A stretch of 64,000 nt of DNA from a virus. The notes beneath the pieces were generated by a model. It saw nothing but the letters and a program-made list of their open reading frames with translations. It had not been told where the DNA came from and made no database searches. Where the stretch lies: positions 42,776 to 106,775 of the IMG/VR virus record IMGVR_UViG_3300049491_000418; one strand, written 5' to 3'. Below are positions 1 to 12,300 of this stretch, in pieces (position 1 is the first letter of the stretch; each line of letters starts with the position of its first letter). The position numbers and the translations under genes are program-made.

Positions 1-334
1 TAAAATGTATGTTACTAGTAACAATACTACTGCTTTTGGAGATGTTAAAGATATTAGTACATATCAAATGAATGATGTTGCTTTTACTAAACAAGACTTT
101 CCTAGTTTAAAAGGAACTCCTTATGATGTAAAAGGTAATGTTAAAAAAAGCACTATAGTTGATAGAGGTGGAGTTTCTAGAGAAATTTTTACTAATTATG
201 TTTATGTAAATGATGGAAAAGGAAAACCTGTTCTTATAGAACTACCAAAAAATGCAAATTCTATGGTAGAAGCTGTTAACATGTTTTCAAACCTTACACC
301 TGATGTAATAAATGCTATTATTAAAACAAAATAA
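1..334 (+). CDS. C-terminal part of a probable large virion/ejection protein (5' truncated by window edge)
   Basis: Frame is open from the window edge (AAA at 2-4 precedes ATG at 5); stops 2 nt before the giant RNAP gene, as in crAss-like ejection-protein clusters. Confidence 0.6.
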   Translation, partial: KMYVTSNNTTAFGDVKDISTYQMNDVAFTKQDFPSLKGTPYDVKGNVKKSTIVDRGGVSREIFTNYVYVNDGKGKPVLIELPKNANSMVEAVNMFSNLTPDVINAIIKTK

Positions 335-336
335 TC

Positions 337-3300
337 ATGGAAGAAGAAATTGGCTTAATGAATGATCTACCCACTGCTTCTAATATAAGTGTTCCTAGTG
401 GAGATAATCCTAATATTAGTTCTGCTCATGAATTACCTGTTAACCTAGGAGGTACAGCTTCTGGCTTACCTGTCTATGTTCCTAACAATCCTTCAACAAG
501 AGGAAGTGGTAAACCTGAGTTTAGAGAACAGTCTCTTGAGGAGATTATGGATGGTATGGATATTTCTGATAAAAGTGGTGCTTTAGATTATGTTTCAGCA
601 AGAGATTTACCAGGATCAGGCAGATATGATAAAGGTGTTTATGTTGGAAGAGATGCAGAGGAAATGTATGCTCAACAACAATCTACTGCAGAGAAATGGG
701 GTAATGGTGTGGCCAAGATGGTTGGTACTGCAGCAACTACTTTTGTTAGTGGTACTGTTGGTACCTTAAATGGTATTGGTGCCATGTTTGCTGAGAATAG
801 ATTGGCTGCTTTCTATGATAATGATACTAACCGTAAGATGGATGAGTATAATAAGAAGATGGAAGATTATCTTCCAAATTATTATACCCAAGCAGAAACA
901 AGTGCATCTTGGTTATCTCCTAAGAATGTATGGACAGCCAACTTCTGGTCAGATAAAGTAATAAAAAATTTAGGTTTCTCTATTGGTTCAATGGCTGGTG
1001 GAGCTGCTTGGAGTAAAGCTTTTGGCTTTGTAGGTAAGATTAATGCCTTAGTTAGAGCAGAAAAGGGTTTAGAAACTCTTACTGCTGTAGAAGCTGCTAT
1101 GGTTAATGCCAATAGTGTTTCTAAGTTTGGAGCAGTATCTAAAGCCTTAAATGGTTTAGCTACAAAATATGTAAATCCTGCAGGTGCTTATATTCTTGCT
1201 AATGGTGAAAGAGCTACTATAGCCTTAATGGGTACTATGGGTGAGGCTAGTATGGAGGCTCTCCAAAATATGAATGACTTTAGAAATAAACTTATAAAAG
1301 AATATAAACTTCAATCAGGTGTTGAACCATCTGGTGAAGATCTTGAGGAAATTAATAACATGGCTGACCATGTTGGTAATTTTACTTGGGGAATGAATGT
1401 TGCTTTGTTATCTGCTACTAATTATATTCAATTACCAAAAATACTTAATAGTAGTAAAACAGCTGAGAGGAGAGCAATTAATGAACTTGCTAAAGAATCA
1501 GTGGCAGAAGGGGCTACTATAGCTGAGAAAACAGCTGCTAAATATGGAGCAAAAGCTTCTAATTTAGAAAGAGCTTTTGGTAAACCAGGCAAACTATTTG
1601 GTGATTACTTAGTTAATCCAGTTTCTTTATTATTTGCTCCTTCTGAGGCTTTTGAAGAAGGAATGCAATTTGCTATTCAAACAGGGGTTGAAGACTATTT
1701 CAATAGAGCACATCAAAATGAACAAGATACTAATGATTTTTGGAATAATACTTTAGACAGTATGGGTAATGTGTTTAGCTATGGTGTTAAACAAGCTCTT
1801 ACTACTAAGGAAGGTTTAGAGGGAATTTTGATTGGTGGTATTTCTGGAGGTCTTCAAACTTCTTTCTCTCCTTTTGGAGAGAACAATATAAAAGAAAGAG
1901 GCTTTACAGGAACAGGTGGTCAAGTAGGTAGAAATACTGCTGCAGCAATTACTGAAATCAATAATTCCAAAAACCTTACTCAAGCTTTAAAAGATGCTAG
2001 AAACTTTGTTTCTATTGGTATTGGTTCTCAAAAAAACCGTCAAGAGGCTGTAGCAAATAATGACACTTTTAATGAGAAAAACTTTGAAAAAGATTATGCT
2101 CTTTCATATATAATGCCTAGAGTTAAATATGGTAAAATAGATGCTGTACTTTCAGAACTAGATTTATATAGAAGACAAGCTTTATCTGATGCTGGTTTTG
2201 AGGACTTAAAGGCTTCTGAAGTTGTTCTTGAGAATGAAACTAAACAACAGTTTATAAAAAGACTTGATAATATTGAAAGTACATCTAGACAGGTAAGTAA
2301 AACCTATGATATAATTAATGATAGATACTCTAATATTACAGATGAAAAAGGTAGAAGACTTTATGATGATAAAGTTGTAGATGAGTTAGTTTATGCTGCA
2401 GCTAAAACTGTAGATGCTGATGAGCGTTTAAAAGATTTATCATCAGAAATGTCACTTGCTGGATTGGGTATAGATAGATTAAGAACAGCTATGCAGGCTT
2501 CTCCAAGTTGGGAAGATAATAATACTAAAGGTGTTATCAAAGATGCTGAAGTTCAGAAAGAAATAAATGCTTTATTTGCTGAAGCAAAAATAAAAGATCC
2601 TAATAATTTACAAAATTACAGAGAGAAAGTATTTGATTTTGCCAATCTATTGGTTGACAGAAAAAGATATATTGATGATTATAACAAAAGAATTTTAACT
2701 CCTGAAGAGTTTAGTGCACCTGATGTAGATACTACAGAGTATCCTCCTATTGGTAGTCCTAAAGAGGTAATGAAAGTTACTACATCTACAGGAGATGTTA
2801 ATGTTAATGTTGGAGAAGAATACATAATGGGTAGAGTTACTCTTAAGAGTAAAAAAGGTCATGATGTATATGAGGCTCCTACTATAACTATCTTAGGGCA
2901 AAATGAAGATGGTACACTAAAAGTTAAGAAAGAGGATGGTACCATAGTTTCTATGGATCCTGAGGAACTAGAAAGTAGAAGTCTTACTAAAGCTGAGGAT
3001 GTTAGAAAGAATCCTAAAATTTCTTTCTATATTTACAACTGGAATGTTGTTTGGAAAAATAGAAGTGTTAAGGGTGCTGATGGTAAAGCTGCTGTTGGTA
3101 GAATTGTTTATGATAAAAAACAGGATAGATTACTGTTTCAATATATAGGTAAAGGTGGTGTTTTAATGGAACAAGAGGTTATTAACACTATGTTCTCATA
3201 TAAAACAGCAACTAAACTAGGTTTTAAACAACCTTATATAACTGCGCAATCTGTTTTAACACCAGCACAAGAAGCTTCTATGGAGAAATTCATTGAATCT

Positions 3301-6300
3301 AAGATGTCTTTTTCAGAAAAAATCAAAGCTAGAAACTCTATTATCTCTAATCTATATGAGACAAGTAAAGCTAGACTTGAACAAGTAACCAAAGAACTTA
3401 CTTCTGCAAAAGAGAAAGTAGATAAAGCAGCCTCTACAATAGAAGAACAAGTTAAAAAAGGTATAGAAACTAAAGAAGGAACCTGGAAAGTAAAGGCTAT
3501 AAAGTCTATTACTAAAATGGCCAGAGATCTTGGTGCTCTAGATGCTTCTTTATTACAACAAATTGAGGATTTAGAGAATGAAAAAGAAGAGCTTGAAGCT
3601 ACTATTCCTTATTTCAAAGACTTCTTGGAAGATATTATGTCTACTCCAGAGAGTGGAAAAGAAATGATTGAAGATATTAAGAAAGATATCAATGACTTAG
3701 AAGATCTTATTGACACTACCAAGGATGCAATAAGTAAAACCAAATCAGCTATCAAGCTTGTTGAAGATTTATTGAAAAATGCTTTAGGGGTATTTAATGA
3801 TTATGTAAAAAGACTTAAAGAAGAGAATCCCAACATGCCTTTATTCCTAGATGATTTTCTAGCTAAGTTAGAAAAATATCTTGGAGAAGAAGGAGCAAAA
3901 CAATTTGTTGCTGACAAACTAGGATTCACTGAACAGGTATTAGAACTAGATAGTGATATTAGTGACTTTAAAGATGAGTTAAAAATTCCTGATCTACAAA
4001 AGAGAGCATCAACCTTGTCAACTGATCTAAAGGAACTAGAAAAAGGTTTAGATGATCTTATAGCTGCCCAGATGGCTAAGGCCAAGATACTAGATGAATT
4101 TAAAGAGTTTGCTGATAGAGAAAAAGCTGTACAGGCGGAAGAGAAACGTATGCACACTAATCCTACCTTAGTTAAAGATCTTATTGGTACATTGAATAAA
4201 ACTGTCCAAAACTTCTTTGGAAACAAAGCCTATGATCCTATGTCTAAGAAACCAGACATGGCTGTAGTAAGAAGTACACGTCCTATTAGTGATGGTAAAC
4301 CTCATCAAGAGAGAGCTAATCACTTTGGAGCAAGAATGGATAGTTTTTCTAAAAAGAAAAGAGATAGTATTAGAGGTATTATAGTTACACAAAAAACACA
4401 AGGGGGAGTTATTGATGGCTTGGTAGAACACCTACTATCTCAGGTTCCTGAGGAAGACAAAGAAAAATATCCTGCTAATGAGGTTATAGCTTTGGTAATG
4501 GTGGAAGTTGATAAAAAAGGAAATCAGTTCTTACTTGATCAAGATGGTAAACGTCTTTCTAAAGATGCTGATGTTATTAACTCAGCAATATACCAAGTAT
4601 TTCCAACTAAAAGTTTAAAAGGTAACTATGTAGATGCTGATGGTAATAGAAAGTTTGGTAGTATGTTTAGAGATGATACTCCACAGTCTACTGTAGACTC
4701 ATTAACTAAACAGTATGCAGCATGGGTAGATGATCAATTAGCTGCTGATGCAATGCCTGCACCTTATAAAGTAAGTGCTTCTTTTGGTTATCCTGAATTA
4801 CAAAAAGTAATGGGAGAGACTAAAGAGGAGATAGATCATAATGCAAGAACTTCTGCTAAGGCAGCAGGCTTGGTTACTGATGTTATGCTTGAAAGAGAAC
4901 CTGTTATACAGGTTAAAACTAGTGATGCTCCTGTTACCTTAGGTAATGTTACTTTCACCTCCCCAAAAGGCAGAGTGTTCTTAACTCTTCCTAATGGTAT
5001 TGCTAAACTATTCAATAGAAAGTTTACAGCAACTGAAGCTGAAACTATTTATGATGTTCTTCTTCAAGTAACTAAGAATGTCCGTGACCATGGTGAAGTA
5101 AGACCAGAGACTGAAAGATTGTTTAATTGGTTAAGATCTACAACATACTGGGGATTTTCTAAAGATAGACAAGGTAATCCTAAACCTGCTGGATATAATA
5201 ATATGTGGTTTCAGGAAGTTACTGATACCAATAATGAGAAAAGATTAAAATTATATATTTCTGGAAAAACAACAGACCCTACTCAGGCTATTGATTTCAC
5301 TTATTCTAGTTTATATAATAGAAAAGGAGATATTATGATGCTCCTTCAAAATATGTATAATAATACCAGTAATCATTTAACCAATGAGAGTAACTGGCAG
5401 AATCCTTATTCCCAAATAGTAGGTATTAATGAGGATGGTTCTCCTCAAACTGTTGACTGGCCAAACTATCAATCTTATTTACTATCAGATAAAATGCCTG
5501 ATGGTGGTGTAAGAAAGAATGAAGATATTCCATTAATTACTAAGTTTAGACCATTAGTAGATGAGAATGATACTAATAGAAAAGGTATTTATTTCACATT
5601 GAAAAGTGGTCCAACATCATTTACAATGCCTGAAAAGGAAGAAGCAACTCCTGCAACTTCAGAAGAACCTAGTGCCTCTACCACTCCAACAGATTCTGCT
5701 CCTACAGTAACTCCAACAAAAGAAGAAGGATCTATATCAATGACTATAGATGGATATGAATTTGATGGGAAAACACCTAATACAATGGAGTTAAATGCAG
5801 GACCTATAACATTTACTGTTGATATAGAGAAACAAATGGCAGATGGTGCTGGGGTGTCTATAACTTCTCCAGGAGAAACTGTAGAAGCTCTTATAGCTGC
5901 TAAAGGTTATGCTGAAGATCATGCTTACAATGTAATAAATGCTACTGTACTAGCAAGACTTAAACCTTCTTTAGAAAAAGGTATTGCTGAATTAAAAGCA
6001 AGACAAACTGGTAAGGTAGAGCAAAAAGAACCATCTGTAGAAGCTTCTGCTGTAATAACTCCTACTCCTAAAGTTGGTAAGCTTGATCTTACTGGTGAGA
6101 ACTGGAATCCTATCAATACTAAATATGGCCCAACAAGATTTAAAATTAATGCTGATAAGTTTTTAGCAGGAGATGTATCTCTTTCTGCTATTAATGTTGA
6201 AATGGATCCAGACTTAGTTGATGCTGTTATAGAAGCTAAGCAATCTCAGAATTATGATGAAGAGGCTGCACACAAGTTTATTCAACAAAATGTATTGTTT

Positions 6301-9300
6301 TTGATTAAAGATGAGTTGGCTTTATATGATATAAAGAAAAACTCTTCTACACCTTTAGAGAATCCACCTGTTGAGGATACAACTGAAGAAGCTCCTGCTG
6401 AAGAAGAAACTATAGAGGAGATTGATGAAGTAAGAGAAGCTACAGATGAGTCTGTAAATGCTCCAACAGAAACTGAGATAGCTGATGGTAACAATACTAC
6501 TATTGAAGAAGCTGCTCCTAAGAAAAGAGGAGGCTTTGGTAAGGTAGATCCTAATAGAATTCCTTTAAGAGATAGAAAAGAGTATAGACTTCAAGTTCTT
6601 AAAGAAGCTAAAGCATTTGAAGGAGAGAATTGGGAGAAAGTTGAAAAGTGGTTAGCTGCTAACTTTCCTGGTCTTCCTGTATACAGAGTTAAAAATATGA
6701 TTAAAGCTTCCAATGGTAGACAAGCTTGGGGTGCTTTAATGGATGGTTCTATATATCTAACTCAAAATGCTGAGGTAGGTACTGTATATCATGAGGTATT
6801 TGAGGCTGTATGGAAGATGTTTGCTGGACCTAAAGAGAAAAATGCTATTATTAAAGAGTTTAGAAACAGACCTGGTTATTATAAAGATAGATTTACTGGA
6901 AAACTTATTAAGTTTTCAAGAGCTACAGATGCTGAGCTTAAAGAAGAACTTGCTGAGGAATTCAGAGATAAAGTATTGTATGGTAAAGATCCTGTTAGAA
7001 TTAAAGGAAGAAATCTTATCTCAAGATTGTTCAATGAATTACTAGACTTTATTCATAAGTTCTTTACAGGAAAAGAAGCTGTTAATAATACCAAACAATT
7101 GTTTGACAAAATTGGTAATGGTTATTATAAAAACATACATAATCCCTATTTAACAAAATTATCTTTTCCTCAAGAAGGAATTATAGATATAGAAGATATG
7201 GATGTTGGTGATAATGCTGAGCTTAGAATCAACAATATCCCTGCAATTCAAGTGCATGATATTATCCAACACATGACATATAGCTTATTGGCTCCTTTAT
7301 CAGAATCCAATGATATTTTATTCTCTCTTTCTGATATTTTAAGTAAGGGTAAAACTAAAATATATGCAGAGCTACAAGAAGAGGTACTAGGTGCTATTAA
7401 TGAGAAAGGTCTTGTTCTTGTTGATAAAGAAGCTAGTGGTCAAAAACTAACTGATTCAGAACAAAGAATGTTTGATAACCTTGAAACTCTTTATAACAAT
7501 GTAGAGACTGAATGGAAAAACATAGTAGAAGAACATGTTAATTACTTAAAAACATATGCTCTTGAGTTTGATGAGAATGATGAGTTGAATATTAATGAAG
7601 GAGAACAATCTGGTAAAGAGGACTGGCAAGATGCCAGAACTATTGATTCCTTTAGAAAGTCTAATAGTGCAATAAAACTATTACTAGGAACACTACCAGT
7701 TAAGACTATGAAGAATGGATATCCAGAGACTGTGTATTCTTCTATAGGAGGATATACTCTCTTACCTGCTAATGCCGTTCATATAGATTTAATGAATAGA
7801 TTGCATGATTCAGTAGATATTGATGAGATGATGGAAAGACTTCAAAACATAGCTTTGAATGATCCAAAATACTTTCAATTGTTTGAGCGTTTAACAGGTA
7901 AACAACCATCTGCTAATCAGGATGTATACTCTGATATTTCTGATTCAGATTTCAGATTAATTTCTAGTTTCTGGAGAGTACTTAAAAAACAAAATGCTGA
8001 TGTTATCACTGTGTTTATTCAACCTGGTGGTGAGGTAATTGTTAGTGATAGTACTCTTGCTTCTGCAACTAAAGAGGCTAAAAGAGATATGATGAGTAAA
8101 ATCATTGATACTATGAAGACTGAGAAAACTCCTTATTTCTCTTATAATAGTAAGACAGGTAGATATTCAGCTACAAAGGTTTTGAAAGATGTTACTTTTA
8201 GTTCTGAAATGTCTTCATATACAAATTTTCTTAAGAACTTAGGGATTAAGATAGATCCTGTAAAGTTGTCTGATACTCTTGATGAGAATCAGAAAAAAAT
8301 GTTTAGAAAAACTGTAGGATTTATTAAAGAAACTATTGAAGTTATTGGTGATAAAGTCAAAACAACTAATCCAGATACTGGAGAGGAGATGACTATAGAT
8401 ACAGGTATTATGTCTATTAATACTTCCACTCTTAATATAGATGCTGATATGACCAGATTGGGAATCATTCAAGCTATTCTTGAAAATCCTGTATTTGAAA
8501 GTACATATTTCAATATCAATGGTCAACGTACACAATCTTATGTTGGTACTAATACAGTTAGTAGCTTCTATGATGTACTATCTAAGGTTGTTGACTTTAG
8601 TGAAGATCTACAGGAACCTCAAAATAAAGGATTCAGATACTTATTAACAGACAAGTTTGCTAAAAACTCTCAAATTCTTAAAAAATTGTTTGTTCAAAAT
8701 GATGATGGTTCTTACGGAGAAAGAAAGGATGGTACTGAGGGTATTATGAAAACTGTTTTTATTGATGGAACTATTGATGAGTACTCTGGTAAAAAGAAAG
8801 AATCTTCAAAATTGAACTATGTACAACGGTTTGTACAAGAACTTAATTTGAACCTAGAAGGGATTTATTTAAATCTGGTTCCAGGAGATGCTTCTATTGA
8901 ACATGCTGTAAGACTGCACTCAGATGATAATCCATTTGTAAATAAAGATTCTTATGAAAACGGACGTCATCTTCCAATATTCAGAGATTACTTCATAGAT
9001 GAGGTAGAGTTAGCAAGAGATGAAAGACTTGTGGCTAATGTTTCAGGAAGAAATAGTACAGATTTACGTTTCTTTAAATCTATTTTGGAAGATAAATCAA
9101 AAGCAAATAAAAATGCTTTACATGATGAGATAATGTATGATGAGAAAAATAAGGATAAAACCTCTGAAGAGTTATACAAATCTTATGAGAGCCAAATTAA
9201 TACTGCTGTTAATAAGTTTATAGTAGAACAAGGTAAGGAAACACAAAGATTATTTAATAAGTTTAATATCATTCAGGCAAATCCAGAAAATGGTTTAGAA

Positions 9301-12300
9301 GCTCCTGGATTAAACTTTAAACAAGATGAGCTTAAACCAGAGTTTCTTGCACAGAAACTTGAGGTAATGGCTGTCAACTATATGATAGCTAACATTGAGT
9401 TCCACAAACTTATATATTCAGATCCTTATCAATACTCTGATGAGCTTAAACGTATCAAAAACTTTAACTCACCAAGACAAGCTCTTGTATTTAATTCTCA
9501 AACATTAGGTAAGTTTTTACAAGACTTCTATAATAAAGGAGTTAATCCAAAAGATAAAGCAGCCTACACTGATTTCCAAAGAGATCATTTTAGAACAGTT
9601 ACTATTGATGATATATTTAGTACTAATAAAAATAAAGACTATGAAGATCCTTTTGAGGAAACAGATGGTGGTGGTTATATTACTATCCAAGCATTACGTA
9701 AGTTTAGATTAAGACTTGGTGATTGGACTCCTGCTAATGAAAGACAATTCCAATTTGACTTAGACTATGAAAGAAAGGTTAAAGCTGGTGCTAGTGCAGA
9801 AGATCTTAGAAAATTTCTTAAAAGAAATCCTAATATCAAAAACACTTATACTCCTGTTAAACCTATTGTATCTGGTAATAAAGAAAATGGTAGAGACTTC
9901 AATGATGTTGTATTACACAAATTTGCATTAGTGCCTCTTTCTTATAGAGTACTTCATGAGTTACAAGAAAATAGTTATGCCATTAAACTTCTTGATAAGA
10001 TGGTTAATGATGACATTGACTATGCTGTATATGCTTCGGGTAGTAAAGTTGGTACTGAGACAGTACATGAGCTTTATAATGAAGATGGTACTTTTAATAA
10101 TACTCCTTTTGAATCTCAAAGAGAGAAAGAAGGATTCTTACCTAACAATGTAAAACGTGGTGTATCAAATATTCCTTTCTCTATTGTAGGTTTACAAACT
10201 GAAGTTCCTTCAAAAGACACTCCTTTAGTTACTCAAGGATCACAAATAACCAAGTTGGTTACTATGGACTTTATGGAAGCTGGTATGCCTGTTGACTTCA
10301 TGCCTGAGGCAGAATTTATGGATAGATTTGCTGTTTGGACTACCACTGATGAAGAGGGTAGAATGAAATCTGAGCTATATAGAATGGTTCAACATAATCA
10401 AAATCTTCTTGAAGCAAAAATTGTGGAAGGGTATAATTCTCTTCTTAAAAAACTAGGAATTGTTCAAGGTAAAGAGGGTGACAATCTTACTTTCACTATT
10501 ACAGATAGAGATAAGTTCATTAAAACTCTTAAGGATGAGATCCTTAAAAGAGAAGTTAACTATAATATAACTGATTCTTTTGATGGATTTGAGAGTGGAC
10601 ATGTTGTTCTTGAAGCTACTCCAGCATATCAACAGATTAGAAACATTCTTTATTCTATTGCAGATAAGAATGTTGTTAGACCTAAGATCTCTGGAGGTAT
10701 GAAAGTACAAATTCCTTCTTCATTGTTATTGGAACAACACAGAGTGAATATTGGTTCCTTTAAAAACAAAGCAGGGGAAATCAAACAAATCTTTGAGTCT
10801 AGTGAATTAGAGTTCTACACAAAATCAGAAGATGGTAAGTCAGTTAATGTAGCTGAGATAATGGTTGGTAGATGGTTCAAAAGTGATAAGACTGATGAAG
10901 AGTTGATTGAATATTTCAATAATGATCCAGAAGGTAAAAAACAACTTGAAGCATTAGCAGGTATAGCCTTTAGGATTCCTACTCAAAAACAAAACTCTAT
11001 TGATGTATTCAAGATTAAGAAGTTTCTTCCTAAGGACTTTGGAGATAGTGTTGTGGTTCCTTCTGCCTTGGTTAAGAAAGTAGGATCGGATTTTGATATT
11101 GATAAATTGTCAATCTATTTGAAAAACCTATATCCAGGAAAGGATAAAAATTTAAAAACTGTTCCTTATTTAGGAACTGGTGATCAAGCTCTTGACAAAT
11201 TTAGAAAGCTTTTTGATGAAGGAGAGTTTGATGAATATGTAAAAACATTTAAAGATTTTCTAGATCTTGATAGTGCTGAGGATAGATTACTTGAAAGTAT
11301 TTTTCCTGAAGACTATGCAGAACAAAGATCAATACAAAAAGAGGATGTAGTTAATAAATTATATAAAGAGTCTCTTGAGAATGAATATATAAGATCATTA
11401 GAAGGGCTTGTATCTCATCCTAGTAACTATGAGGCTTTGGTAAAACCAAACTCAGCTCAAGATCTTAAAGATATAACTAATGATATAAATGAGAGAAAAG
11501 GATTGGAGAAAACTGATTATACTAATGTAGGTAATATGCTTAACAGAGGATTTATGTCTAAACAAAGACATGAGTTTGTTACTGGTAAACAAGCTATTGG
11601 TATTGCTGCAGTTGCTCAAACTAATCACTCTCAAAATCAAAGAAGCCCATTATTTCTTGATTTCAGAAAACTTAAGAAAGAAGGCATGGATGAATTGGAT
11701 AGAACTCTTTTGGGTGGAAATCCTAAAGCTAAATCATATGCAAATAATCCTAGAATAAACTTTAAACATTATAATTCAATTTTGGTTGATGGTATTGCAT
11801 TTCCTACTTTATCTCTTATTAAAGCAGCAGGACAGGCTACAGAATATATCTCAGATACAATTGGGATGTTTATTGATGGTTATGTGGATGTTGCTAAAGG
11901 TGGATGGATTATGGAGATGGGTGCAACTCCTAATACTGCAGGTACCTGGTTGTACTTGATTAAGATAGGAGTTCCTATTAAAGATGTTGCATACTTCATG
12001 AATCAACCTATTATTGTTGACTATTTACAAAGAATAGAGAATAAAGGTCAAACTTGGTTATTCTCAGAAGGAAACATACTTAAAACTCTAGAGTTATATG
12101 AAAGTCCAGAGGATACCAGTAAACCAGAAGTAAGAGCTGTCATAGATAGTATAACATCAATTCCTAATCTATCAACATTAAAAAGTAATATTGGTAAGAC
12201 TATTGAAGATATGACTCCTCAAGAGTTATATGAGCAACACTTTATGTTGAAAGAGTTTGTTAAATATGCTAAACAAGCATCTCAATTATTTGAGGTAACT